Source: Eledone cirrhosa (lineage: Eukaryota). From it: 64,000 bases of DNA. Of the stretch, positions 24,011-38,459 are shown one piece after another (position 1 is the stretch's first letter; each line of letters starts with the position of its first letter). Both the position numbers and the translations under genes were made by a program. The stretch lies in assembly GCA_964016885.1 (NCBI GenBank), contig OZ024742.1, positions 115,506,001 through 115,570,000 on the forward strand, read 5' to 3'. The notes below the pieces were generated by a model that saw only the letters and a program-made list of their open reading frames with translations, did no database searches and had not been told where the DNA came from.

Positions 24011-25884
24011 TCCAGAACAATTTGACCATATTTGTCCACAGTAATAAATACCACAAATAGTTTGTCATAAGTCTGTAATGATTATGCGAATACAAGTAGA
24101 GAAAAGTGTAACTGCTCTTTCTAATAACTTTAATGGCATCGTAAATGTTATTCCATGTACAAGTGCTCTACGGAGATAGTCCCTACTAACACCGAGATCA
24201 ATCTTGTGTTCTGTGAAATATTTCATTCCCATCATGGAACCGTTTTCAAGTAATGATTTAGGAGCGAATCCTTTTCAACTGGACAACCCTTTTATTTGCG
24301 TTCTGATTTACGCATGGATACGGCTAACTGGTCTGGTCTAATCAAGATAAACATAGCAAGTACAACATTGGTTGCAAATGTTATGTGATAAAAAATAAAA
24401 CAGATTATATAGCAATTATAGCATGTAGATTTATTGGTGAATTGTTTTTACTTTGCCTTTTATTTTTAGTCTTAAGTGAAGCGGTTTTTAAAAGTAGTAT
24501 TATTGATCTCCTTCAGACAGTAAACTCGTTTGCAGTTACATTATAGAAAATGACAGTTGTTACCAAAAGAGAATAATCACATAATTACATTACGTCGCTC
24601 TGTATAGCTGAATATATAGTTTTTCAGAGTCAGGTGTTTGCTACTAATGTTACCCTAGGAGAGCTTTAGAGATCTTAATATAGTCTTTATTACATTTTGT
24701 GGGGATAATGGTTGAAGCTTAAAAACTTCATTTCTTGAATTGGAAATAGTCAACTAGTTATAGCATTTTCAATTAAACACTATTATCTAGAGGTGGTGTG
24801 AAAATTCCTCGAGTATGATCAATAGAGCTTTCATCCATGTGAGCCAACAGTGGAAGTTCTCAGCGGATATTCGACCTGCTATCTCTTTGAAACAGCATCT
24901 AACTGTCTTTGAAAAGCTGGACGAACCATTGTCACATTGGATCATATAGCAACATGTTTAGTATTCGTATTCAATCAGGGTTTAACCATCAATGATTGAT
25001 CTTCTCATTCCAAATATTATTCAAGTTAAATGTCCACTCGTTCAACTACACATCATGTTCTACTCATACAATATAAATGCACAGACAGTAGTCGTCAAAC
25101 AATAGAAATTGCTAAGAAAAAAAAGGGATTAGTTTTACAAAGCGGTATAGTTTATACAAGTTTACACCGCTTTCTTGACTCATTGCATTTAAAGATAGCA
25201 ACATCACTATATATGTTTCATGAACAATCGCATGTTGTTGTATATTTTATAGGAGTGATGTATAGTAGTGTGTTATACATTTTCACTTGATTAAATAAAG
25301 TCATTCAAACAAAAATGTATTTGTAAAATTATAATCAGTTCGTTTATCATTCGCTTTCAGATGAAAATCTAATGGCTGAAAATAAATCGAATTTTCTCAA
25401 CGTAAGTTAGAATTGAAAACAGTCAAGTTGCAGAAGTTACTTTAAATCGTACTGACTGCTGTCTTAATCGTTAATGATTTAGTAACAACATTCTGTTATG
25501 TTTCACCAGGCTAGAGGATAGTATGTTTGTATTCATTGAAAAACGTATGAAAGTATTTTTAAAATGGTATGCTCTTTCAAATATATGACTTACCAGAGTA
25601 CATTACAACATCTTTACTCATGGGATATGTCCGAGCTCATTCTATTTGAAATTAGAGAATCCCAGCAGTCACTTTACCAAACAAAGAAGGTAGTTGAAAT
25701 GATCACAGGTGATAATGTGAAGTAACACCCTCTCCGAAATGTTTCATTATTCTCACCGAATATTACTTACAATGGAATGAAACTGTTTCTATGCAATGAA
25801 ACTATTCTATCGTTTCAAAATAACAGCCAATTTCTCATTAATTATAATATAGTTTAAACTAGCGTGCGTTTGCACCATATCATA

Positions 25885-27142
25885 CACCATCATATGAATT
25901 CACTATACTTTCGTAAATATCTTCTTCGTGCTCTTTTGACAAATGACCAACTTTCGGTCGGACGAATTTCAAATGTGAGTGTGAATAGTGCATTCCAGTT
26001 TTCTATACTAATAAAACCGTGCTTCAAATAGATGTGCTGTTTCACAGAAAGACATTTACAACGTCTTTGAGTGGTTTCCAAGCACTTTCCTCGCCAGTAT
26101 CTATTTCAAATCCAGAGCTATGGAAATAGGCGTCTGAGGTCCAAGTGACCTATGAACATTCAGCTATGTTGACATAATCTTCACCATTTAGATCTACCAC
26201 TATAGCATGTGTTTTATTAAGCCAAGTGTTAAGAGAGACTGAGGTGATATTTTTAGTACGGATAAAATAGTACTGTGTTTTAGATATGTTGTTACAAGCT
26301 TGCAGCGCTGAGCATATGTGCCATTCTCATTTTTGCCACCCTGCTACGTGAGGAAGTATCACAACCACTTCCCAATACCATATGAATCCCACATGTAATA
26401 GTGATATTTGATCTTTACGAGCAAGACTCTCATATATTTGTCATCTATCCAATAGGAGTTTACCAGTGTGATGCAGGTCTGCTTTCATACACCTCGTAGG
26501 AGTGTTATCTATCAGATATCATTGATAAGGCTGTTGTCTAGATCTAATTACCTTAGACAGACAACGATAGAAGTATGCAACATCTAAAGGTTGATCTGTC
26601 AATCAAGGAAGTCCCATTTATTTTCAATCTGGACGCCAGCAACGCTGCATGAGATTGAAAAAGATTCAAGTCTCTCATGAAGTTATCAAGCGCTTGCTTG
26701 ATTGGAAATGTACCAACATTTCTGTTTCAACTTCATCTCCTTATTGAAAAGGTGGATATGGTGGACGTCATGTGGCAATTGAAGATGGGGTGTTTGTATA
26801 ACCAGGTTTGTTTTCAAATCTTATTATCTGTTATCTGTAAAGAAATCCGTCATAGACAAATAGTAGTCGCTTAGTTAATCTGTCAGTTATCAACACATTC
26901 TCAGAATAGCAGCATACAGTTATTTCCTACTGTAATCTATCTATTTATTTAGTATAAATTTACAACTAACAAAATCTGCTTCAGAAGCCGATGGCATGTC
27001 CCGGTTTCCAATGCGATAGCTGATGTAATTTTCATATAGGACAACATTACGTACTCCTTAAATACGACGTTTGACGTGTTTTAGACAATGTAGTATTCAC
27101 GCATTAGGAACACATATCTTGCAGTGACTGGATGACATCATA
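25885..27142 (-). pseudogene. Heavily decayed Chapaev-3-like (CMC superfamily) transposase
   Basis: Collinear hand-translated motifs: YRIGNRDMPSA (cf. KLGDQDKPWA), SDYY (SDCY), LDNFMRDLNLFQSHAALLASRLK (LNDLVRDLNLSKEKAELLASRLK), LGLIKH (LGLMKN), GPQ, EESAWKPLKDVVNVFL (AWxSFKDVVxNFLG), MHYSHSHL..GHLSKEHEE (HFLHSHL..GAVSDEHGE). Confidence 0.75.
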
Positions 27143-28859
27143 CTGTATGTAATAATTAAATGCAAACTTCAATTCAACATAATCAAGGGAGTCAAATATG
27201 ACAAGATTGCGATATTGAAAAGCGCTGTGATTATCCATTTACAATGTTCTGTTGCATTAATCACATAATTTGCAAGATGCAACTTAAGTGAATACCTGTA
27301 AAATAAGGCTCTTTTATGCTATTTATCATAGAAAGTTCCAAAACAATAAAACAAAATCATCATCAAATATTTTATAAATCCTAATATATATTCTCTTGGA
27401 CTTACCCAAGCAGTTTATTATTTAGAGTTCTGTTAATGGCATATAAATTATCTACACCCCAATGTCTACATGAATTCTTCAATAAACTAGCATTACCACA
27501 TTTGTTTCTGAAACGTTATTCAGGACAACATACATCTGCCACCAAAATAATGCAAATAAAAACAATTTTACACATAATAGATAACTATTTTACCTGTGCG
27601 TTTACTAAGTTAGAAATATATGAGAAATAATTTACATAAAACAATCTTCTCTTGCGTAGCGTAATTTTGTGCTCTATATGTTACCTGTAAATTAGGTGAG
27701 ACTGCTGTGGTTGAAACAATATGATCAATGGTCTATCTAATATTCCAACAAACTCGATTTTCTTATACTCGTTTAAAAGTTTCGGATATTATATTTTCTA
27801 AAATGTGTGATTATATAAACGTAGCTCTATATAGCAGATACATAAGAGATACGGAACTCACAGGGAATAAGGATTTCACCAATTAGTGTTATATATAGAA
27901 TTACATACGATCATACGTGTAGAATAAATAGAATGGGTTTAATGCCATCGGACGAGATGAAGAGACCTAGTGATTACGCAACAATAAGTGACAGTGTATC
28001 TAGCGTATTTATATACCGAACAGTGGAATAACATTCACTATTTCCACATACTGTAATACAGTTTTTTGCGTCGACTGGATTTAGCGAAAATCAGATTACA
28101 TTAAGTACAAGAGTAGAAATAGACCGAGATGCATTACACGTAATATGTAATTGGCTAGACGATTATTTTTTTCGATGCATTATTGATGTAACATTACCTC
28201 TCGTAACTTAAATATGATAAGATATTTAAAATACATACTGCTACAATCGTAATACATCATATCCAACTTCGAATGTTATCTCACGCAGTCAAATTATAAA
28301 ACTCCGGCAACATATACAACTGTGAAGAAATTATAAAACCAATTGCATAAACAGACACCTGCTTTCTAGTGGAGAGGTGATTCAATTGCAATATAGTTTA
28401 TACATATACCGTTATCAATCCTTCCACTACCAGAACATACAGAAGGTTATCAACCATTCCTTGTGAAATCTAGTTAGAATGAATATCATATCATTTTCAC
28501 TATGAAACACAGAAATATCCACTATAGCTTAAGAATGGATATCTTAGCAAAGGCTATATCATTAAACGTCAACAAAAAACATATTAACACTGTGTATGTA
28601 AGCCCTAGAAATGTACGCTAAGCACCGTATATTAAACAAACGTTGAGCTACAATTTTGAGACGTTGGAACATGCATATTATGCAAGAACATTTCATATTA
28701 CATTTCCAAAATATTTGCAAATTAATGAGATGGGTATACACCTTAACTGCGAGCAGATGTTGTACATCTGGATGCGCTGGTGATAGAATGCTTATAATTT
28801 GTGTCTCTGTAATTCAAATTCGTATATTGGCTTAAAATGTGATCATTATTAATTCGAAA

Positions 28860-29180
28860 TACGAGTGCGTGTTGAAACCTTCATACACTTACTATAGAAA
28901 AGTGATGATTGAGTTGTGAAATCCTGCATGCATTAATTTTCTTTTTTTTTTTATTAACAACTTCATTATTTTGTTCGAGCTAAACTGATACCACACTGTT
29001 CAAGGAGGACTTCAAATGTAACTAGTAGAGGCATCTCCTTGAAAATGAACACCATTTCGCATTGTGCTGTTATAGATTACTTGTGATAAAGGGCTTAGCC
29101 CCAACGGATATTCATGCTGAAATGTCTTCTGTATTAGCAGATGACGTCCCAGGTTTTTGAACAGCGCAAAAGAGGAAAAC
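28860..29180 (+). mobile_element. Mariner transposon 5' relic
   Basis: TACGAGTGCGTGTTGAAA TIR-like start. From ATG 29045: MNTISHCAVIDYL..KGLAPTDIHAEMSSVLADDVP, matching the mariner N-terminal HTH. Confidence 0.7.
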
Positions 29181-29559
29181 AATAATAGTTTTCTTGTTCA
29201 CCCTATTCATGGCGAAATGTAAAGTTATATTAAGGAGTGAGAAGTGCAAGACATGGAGAATATAGTTCAGATAGCGATAAGATGATAATTGATGCTACTT
29301 TTCAAGTATTGCAAATTGTATTGGTCAGAAAAGCAAGATGCAGTTAGATATTTTCATAGGCTAGATAGGCGTGGGAAGAGATTATCAGAATAGTACTTGC
29401 ACTTGCATTTAGGAATTTCAACTATAAATGGATGAGACTTAAACGTTAGTCTGATGCTCTGTTTAAACTCGTGAAGGAGAGGCAAACACGATGGCTCTCC
29501 AAAGCTACTAATAATATATAACACAGTACAATTTGTCTCAAGTTCGAGTCGGTGACGCC

Positions 29560-30200
29560 CAAACTCTCAAACACACAATACCTGCTTCATGAAGAAGGAG
29601 ATTTGGGGGACCCGGTTTGATGAAGATCAAAACACTTTACTGGGTGGATGATCAAATGTGAGTCAAAAGCGATCCAATAATGAATATATATGTGGGCATG
29701 TGTTTGTAGAGAGTTTCTCGCGAAATCCCAGCAATGTCAAACGTAGTTGCTCACGAGATACCAATTTGCATCAGTAGTAGTGAGAACTCAGATTTGCAAT
29801 ATAGGAGTTTATATAGAAGTAAATCCGTTCGCCTATCACACAGCTCGTACTAATTCCACGTTCATTTATCAGTTGAAGAATTTTACCGCTTTTTCAGTGT
29901 TAATAATGTCGATTCCCATTACGTTTTATTGGCAATGAAGGTTTAAATTATTTTTCTAATATGAGTGATCTGTGCCTGAGTCTTCTCACTATAGTAGTGC
30001 TTTGAGGAGACGCTGATTATGTCAATAGTCGCATACCATTGGGATATTTGGCCTGCCTTATCGCGCATGGATATGAGTCCCTGCAGGAGGAGAATTGAGT
30101 CCAAAATATGATATCGTCGACCAAATTGGTTAGTTTATATTCCTTTAGACAGTGGCCGAGAGCAATCATTATGTATTTTTCCTTTAACTAATTATGTTTA
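29560..30200 (+). mobile_element. Possible Tc1/mariner catalytic-domain relic
   Basis: WPA..MDMSP near 30048-30080 is a weak match to WPxxSPDLNP; otherwise very decayed. Confidence 0.3.
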
Positions 30201-30992
30201 TCAATAGGGAAGTCCTCAGTAAAGCTATAACCTTAAACTAGTAAATGAAAAATCACTAAAGCCTTTTAATCTCACTTTCATATTTGAATTATTTGCATCA
30301 ATATCTCTACTATTGAAGCATTTCCCATTGAACATTGTTCTGTTTCTTTTGCTATTTGTGAAATAGAGTAGATTATTTACTGTTTGGTAATGATTTCTCT
30401 GAATAAAGCTTTCTTTTCCGAAATATTCAAACGCCTGGTCTTAGTACTTTCAATCGGGAAAATTTTCCAATATCTAGGCATCCGTATCCTTAGTTTCCTT
30501 TAGGTTCATTTATGTGCTTTCGACTTTCTTCGATATACTCTGTTATTTATATCTATTGTATGCCCCGTACCCACCTTCATCTCAAGAATGTAAGTAGTAT
30601 GTGTTATATAATCTCAGACAATATTTATAAGGTTCTTTTTACACATCTTTATGCAAATATGTTTGTACTCGGTCTCTTCATTTGTCCTCAGGTTAATTGG
30701 TTTATTCATTCTAAAACTACTGAATTTGCTGGCACACATATTTTAAATTCTTACTCGTTGAATCTCCAAAGCATGTGAATTTTATAGCTAATAAAATAAA
30801 AGGAGATATATAGGAATAATAATTATCAATATTAAACGGCAAAGTCTTTAAATTATTTTCACTCCTAGTATTGGTGTACAAAGAATTCATCTGTATTGCC
30901 CTAAAGCATAGGGTTTGTTTTGCTATTTCATTCGATCTGATATATGATTTCTAGTTTTCTCTATATAATAAATAGATGGACTAAGATGTCTA

Positions 30993-31048
<56 letters not shown>

Positions 31049-31585
31049 AGGAGGTGAGTTTTATTATAGTACAATAAAGCAATGCAGATATCGGATATTT
31101 CCCAATATCACACATCAATCTAAAACGACTTTTCATATGTTGATTTAAAACTGCACTATCCACAAGTGTTTTTTAGCCTTCATATCATGTTCTCCTGTTT
31201 TATCTGATGAAAACACAAATATTATTGCTTGATGATGTTTGTTTTTGAAATGCGCATAATAAAATATATGGAACTCCTTTAACCATCTTTTGATCTTATA
31301 TTATATATATATATATATATATATCGAGATAAAAATAGAGAGCGAAGCTGACATTACACTATTTCCAGTTTAGATACTATTATTTGCCTGGGTGTCTATA
31401 TCAGAGTTTCACTGAGATTATCCTCAGATCCACAGCCTATTTTGCGCAAATATTGTCATGATTGTGTTTTCGTATTTCAAACATTGAAGAGTTCCAAAGG
31501 AGATAAAAAATTAAGTGCAAAATAGGGAGGTTGTAAAAGGAAAATAATGTGGAGCCATTTGGTAGTTAACAGGAGGATGATAAGA

Positions 31586-31888
31586 TACACTCGGGTCTCG
31601 AATAATCGCCCCCTTACCATCGTTTATTGAGTTTTCAGATGTTCTTAACACCCCCGCTCTCATCCCCCTCAGCCACCTTATTATATTTTGCTAATCTATC
31701 TCCGGCGAAATTCTATAGACTATTAGAAATCCCATACGTTATAAAATAAATAGGATGGATTGGGGTCTCATATTTAAAAAAAAAAGCAACTGAGTTAACT
31801 TAGCGAATTTAACGATTTAAAAAAAAAAACACCCCATCTTATTTCAACTCCTTATTTTATCTACCCTATTATATGGAACGCGAATATA
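31586..31888. mobile_element. Possible MITE with decayed terminal inverted repeats
   Basis: TACACTCGGGTCTCGAATAAT versus the reverse complement of ATTATATGGAACGCGAATATA: 14/21 identical, TA at both ends. Confidence 0.4.
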
Positions 31889-32811
31889 TATTATATGGAA
31901 ATTAAAAAAAGCTATATTTTAAAGAGCATACTTGAACAGGACAACACAATCGTAAATATTTCTTCGTATTTGTATTTTATTTCTTATTTATGTTCACCCT
32001 TCAACTCTTAGTTCCCTTTAATTTCCACCAACATTATTCAAATATATACTTCTATATTTATTTATCATTTCCAATAACTAAAACACCATTCACCCTATAT
32101 TGCATAATGTTTCTTTTCGTTTGGAAAACTTTTACGCTTGAATGAGAAGAAAAAAACGCCATTATAAAATACTTTTAAGAACTGGCCAGTATCAGGACCC
32201 AATTACAGATATAGACAACCAGAGCACTATTAATACCTTAGTAATAACATAGTTTATAGTAATAATCACATATGTAACATTAAGAATTTACAATACATAT
32301 ACATTCGCAGCTCGGTTCTGCCCTACCAATGGTATGGTCTGCCCGTCCAATCGCAAGGCTAATAAATTGGAAGCACTGTTCGATGTCTACATATGCGTAT
32401 CTAGTAACATACAAATATGAATGGTTTCTCCGAGACATTGAGGGCACCATAAGAGAAACATTGGTGATCAATAACAAAATTGGACATTCTTATCAACAGT
32501 TATAAGCCTATGATTCGATCAGTGCTACATAGAAACGACTGGCTATTGTGATCAGTCTGCCTATAAAACATTTGCACTGCCCTACTTCCATCGGTGGTCA
32601 GTCACACAAAAATGAATAGTTAGTAAGAAAAAAATGATCCGACATTTCGTCATTGGTACTCATTAGACAAAGAAGCTCTAAGAACGTAATATTATTAAAT
32701 AGATGGTAAAATCCATTGATTGTTTCGTCCATATTTCTTTACTCTACACTAGCTCCACAATTATATTTTCTATTCGCATTGTACCTGATTTCCCAATATA
32801 TACTTATATAA

Positions 32812-32893
<82 letters not shown>

Positions 32894-32899
32894 TCACAC

Positions 32900-32933
<34 letters not shown>

Positions 32934-33949
32934 GCGTGTACATGTGTATGTATCTAATATATATATATATGTGTGTGTTTGTATCTATGTAGCTATGTAG
33001 GTATGTGTATGTATATAAAATATCTCCTTTATAATTTATCATTGTCAAAAATAAATTTGCAGACCATATTTCCAATGGGTTTGTTGTTGGTGAAAATTGT
33101 ATAAAACATCAGCCTACGTCACTAAAAACAAATGCATTTTTTCATGCTTTCTAACCAAAATTCTACTAATTCCATTTGTTATTTCCTTTCTCTGTTGCCG
33201 TTATGGGTATTTTGTACAATGATTAATGGATGTATATATAGTATCAAAATGAAACCTACGGTTACATCGACCACATGATTCTGTCAATTGTCTAAATATT
33301 TTATTGATTATACGAATGAATACATTTCCATATATATTCCAGCATATAAATTCTCAAAATTAGCTTACTATATTTAAGTTCTTTATAGATTAGGGCGATC
33401 AATCTTATCTTATTTGTCTCCCAGAATATTGATTTTCTTTGTCTACACACAATTTTGTGGGGAAACCAAATAGAAGGATCATCAAAACAACAATAGTGCA
33501 TACAAACGGAATCGAAACTGTCACTTCATGTCATTTCGTGATGAGCCAGCTACTGCATTGTGCATAATTTTCGAAATACATAATATGACTGGGGATTGAA
33601 AATAAGTAAAACAATTCCCTTTCTTCTGAAATTAGTTTATATTCCCTTTCTCTTAAAGTTCGAAAAATATTAATAAATGTGACTTCTATGCGTGAGCTGT
33701 CATGGGTTTTCGATTGTTAAACTCAACTCCCTTCCTGAAAACAGCTACGGCTACGATAGCACAGGAAAATAAAAAAATTACGTGATATTGAATTACCAGG
33801 ATGAATCAAATTGCACCGTTGAGATTTCAACTTCCGACCCAAAATTTTGTTTTCACAGTTATTAGCAGTATACAACGAGTTGAATAATTAGTATCTGTAG
33901 TTATGTAGCGAATTCAAACACCCAGAAACTGTGACAGATTGTGTAATCT

Positions 33950-33985
33950 ATCTATCTATATCAAACTGTTGTTGTTGTGTGTGTA

Positions 33986-34019
<34 letters not shown>

Positions 34020-34330
34020 CGTGTGTGTGTGTGCGTATGTGTGTGTGTGTGTGTGTGAGTGTGTGTGTGTAGGTGTGTGTGAGTCCTCATTTTTGCAAAG
34101 TCTACACAAATCAACATTTCTATTCCGATTGACTTCAAACTTGCATTTATATATGCCTAGCGGTCTAAAGATACTAACTGCAGCTTTTATTTTTCAATTT
34201 TCTATGGTTAAAGGGGTGTAAGGTGCCGGTAATTGACCTCCGTCGAGCCCTATAATATCTGTCTGTATGTCTGGCTGTCTCAATAACGACAGTCTGACGC
34301 ACATTTCATTGCCAACATATTATCTTCGCT
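33950..34330 (+). mobile_element. 5' part of a non-autonomous Helitron
   Basis: Starts TCTATCTATATCAAACT, then (GT)n, then ~250 bp homologous to 42180-42425, a copy that ends in hairpin + CTAG. Confidence 0.7.
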
Positions 34331-34511
34331 ACATTCACCCCCCCCCCCCCCCACACACACACAGACACATATATATATATATATAAAGGATCGATGGACT
34401 TTCGTCAAATCGGACCGAGGAAACAATGTTTTCATCGGTCTTTCCAGTTGCTAATAATATATACCGGTCGCAACTCCAGGTAGAAGGAGGGACGTGAAAT
34501 AAAGTATCTTG

Positions 34512-34950
<439 letters not shown>

Positions 34951-35169
34951 ATGTAATAAACAACATAAGGCAATTATTCCATTTACCTGTGGTTTCTTAA
35001 AAGCAAAAGGTTTTGCTTCCAATCCTAAGAATGAAAAAATCCTGGTTTGTTTATTGAATTTGGATCTTAAAAACAAAAAAAGCAAGCTATATGAAAGTGA
35101 GGCTGGAGAAGGAAGAAGGAAAGGAAAAATAAAAATAAAATAAGACTACCCATACAACCACACATACAC

Positions 35170-35223
<54 letters not shown>

Positions 35224-35377
35224 ACACACATACCCACACGCGCATACACACACACGCTATTCCGGGTTGAATCGGAGGCAGCCACAGTAAGCAAGGCACT
35301 CAGTACACCGCAGAGCATGAAGGTTATACTACAGATGAGAATCTGTGTATATATACAAACCCATACATACACACACA

Positions 35378-35419
<42 letters not shown>

Positions 35420-35903
35420 CACACGCACACACACACGCGTGTGTATGCGCGCACGCACGCACGCGTATACAAATATAAATATATTTCCCCCATACACATG
35501 TGTGTGCGTGCATGCGCGCATACGCGCAGGGTGTGTTCTGTTGAAAGTGTCTCGTGAATGTATGGCTACAGTTGTATAGATTATACTTAGACATTGTCTA
35601 CAGAATTCCCTAAACCTTCGTCAATTTACTAGAACCTTTAAGAATTTAGCTTTTAAAGAATCTCCCCTTCCTCCAAAACTATCTACCATGACTGACCCCA
35701 TACTGATCTTACAGACACCTGTAAGCTAAAGAGAAAGCTAATGATAAGGATTGGCTCCAATCTGAATACAGAAATCTGTCTGCCTTTGTTCCTCTAAGAA
35801 CAACATATACAAACATTCATACACACACACACACATACACACACACACACACACACACAAACATATCTACACACACACGCATACATATATATATATACAC
35901 ACA

Positions 35904-35937
<34 letters not shown>

Positions 35938-36064
35938 TGCATATATACACACACATACACACACACACACACATATACCCACGCATATATATACACATAT
36001 ATATATATACATGCATGCGCGTGTGTACACGCATACACATACGTACACATAGCCATACCCACAC

Positions 36065-36117
<53 letters not shown>

Positions 36118-36119
36118 GA

Positions 36120-37390
36120 AAAATTGAACGGGAACAAAACAGAGAGGCAGTACAAACAAATGTTTATTAATTTCACGCTCTTGAGAGTGGGGTGGTGGTA
36201 GGGAACGACGTTTCGGGCATAAGCCCTTCTTCAGGGGAAAAGTGTGTGGGAAGAGAGTCCCAGGGGTGTGTAGGGGAGTGGTGGAGAGACATATAGCAAA
36301 AAGGGGGTGAGAGGAAACGGTGCAAATGAAATTAAAAATAAAGGCATGATCCAAATAAAATTAAAATGTGGTAAAACAGGTGGTGGAAGGGTGTGGGGCG
36401 TGTAGGGGTGGTGGTGAGCGGGTGTCCGAGCAGGGAGGGCTGAAGGTGGTGTGTGTGTGTAGGTGTACGTGTGTGTGTATGTGAAAGCAAGGGTTGGGGG
36501 AAGAACGGGGTTGCATGTTCAGGAAGAGGTGTGTGTGGGGGGTGTATGTAGGAGCGTGTGTGCGTGTGTGGATAGAGGGGTGGGGAGAGAGGATTCCGGA
36601 GGCTGAATGTGTAAATATGTGGTGGTACGCACGTGTGTGTGTGGTGTTTATGCGTGTTGTGGGTGTAGGTGGCGTTGGGGAAAAAAATGTTTTTTGGCTG
36701 TGAGTGTGGGTGAGTCATAAAGGTAATTCCGTAAAAAGATATGGTGGAATGCTTAATAAAATCCTGGGATGTGGTTGATTCCAGGATCAAGGTTCACATA
36801 CGTGTAAACCGTGAAGAGATTGGTCGGAAGAGGGGAGATGTGGGGTGCGCGCGGAACAGGAAGTGGTCAGAGGTTCAAGGCAGGAGGAGTGTTGTGTGTA
36901 TGTGTGTGCGGGGAGGTGTCAGATGACATAGCAGCAGTAGGGTAGAATGGTAATTGAAGGTGTGTTGTGTGTATGTGTGTGCGGGGAGGTGGTCAGAGGG
37001 CATAGCAGCAGTAGGGTAGAATAGTAAGTGAACGTGTGTCAGTGTGTGCGGTGGACAGGGGAGAGGATGGGTAGGTGTGAAAGTTGGAGTGAGGAGGGGG
37101 TGTGTGTGTATTACTAGACGTGTTAGTTGGATGAGTGAGTGTTTGAGAAAGGGTGTGGGTGGAGCGGTGAGAGAAGGGTGTGGATGACGATGGAGGGAGT
37201 GTAGTGTACTGGTGTGTGTGTTTGGTGAAGGGGGTGTTAGTGAAGTTAGTTGCTGGATGGTGGGGTGGATGTGTGGGGATGAAGGTTAGTGGTGGTAGTA
37301 GGGTGTGTGTTTAGTGCGAGCGCGGGTATATATGTGCCGGTGGGTGTGTGCGTGTGATAAGGAGGGGGGAAGGAGAAGAAGGGAGGGATG
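36120..37390 (-). mobile_element. Penelope-like pseudo-LTR-type element with a C/A-rich body
   Basis: Hammerhead core near its 3' end followed by AATAAA (36163-36168); flanked by (TA)n; internal ~74-bp tandem duplication at 36888-37035. Confidence 0.5.
36205..36238 (-). ncRNA. Minimal hammerhead ribozyme core; stem I not closed locally
   Basis: CTGAAGA-A-GGGC-TTAT-GCCC-GAAA-CG-TC on the - strand. Confidence 0.65.
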
Positions 37391-37449
<59 letters not shown>

Positions 37450-37504
37450 TATATACATATATATATATACACATACATACATATATATAGTATAACAAAA
37501 AAAC

Positions 37505-37737
37505 AAAAAATCAGTGATGTATCTGGACTCAGTTTATTGCGTGTTACAATTGTTTCGCCGGCAGGTCGCTCGAAACATAATCACTGTATGGATCTGGCTG
37601 ATTCTACGTCATATTAAGTTCTAGTCACTATTTACTTAACACGGGTCATCAGCCATATTCCGTCCAACACACTTCAATGGAGTCATGCTGGGTTCGGTAT
37701 CTCACACGTCTGTTCACACTCCAAAGTATGTACCCAA

Positions 37738-37778
<41 letters not shown>

Positions 37779-38190
37779 TACGGGAAGGCACAGCCACATG
37801 CATGCATACACATATGTACGAATACATGTGTTGACACACATACCCCATACACATATATACATGCACACACTCTCCCTCTCTTCCACAAACCCAGGCACAC
37901 CCACTTCTAGATACCGACCGCTACAAGCTTATTAGTGCCTGCCTAAACCGCGCCAAACATCCGGTCCCACGCGCATGCAAACGCGCACACACACGTCCAC
38001 GCATACAGAGACACATATCGGCGTTCAGGCACATCAGCACATATACACACAAACACTCTCATACACATACATGGATACACACGCACAAACACGCATATCC
38101 TTAACGATAGGCATCTAGGACAGACACACTTCCAAAGACATAAGCACACATACACACATATGCACACACCTGTACATATATCTACAAACA
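37505..38190 (-). mobile_element. Penelope-like non-autonomous repeat, copy 1
   Basis: Inverted homologue of 40270-41015; carries CTGATGA...GAAACAATTGTA, then AATAAA and a T-rich end. Confidence 0.6.
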
Positions 38191-38459
38191 AGTACATCTA
38201 CCCGTATATAAACACATAGACAAACTCTGTCCTATGTGGGTGTACGTACCCCCCCCCCACACACACACAAACTCACTGACAGATACTAACAACACCATAT
38301 ATATATAAATATATATTGTTTTTATATGTGTGTGTGTACATATACACACACACATATACCCACGTATACAGACACATATACATATATGTATACGCACACA
38401 TACACACACATACACATGTATACACGCACATACACATACATACTTATACGCACATATGT

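Noticed and set aside
24788-24960. Mariner-like TIR start GAGGTGGTGTGAAAATTCC
   Set aside because: No partner TIR or translatable motif found.
32280-32600. ORFs on both strands; ALPMVW resembles the Chapaev PMVW motif
   Set aside because: Single short motif with weak splice signals; not enough to call.
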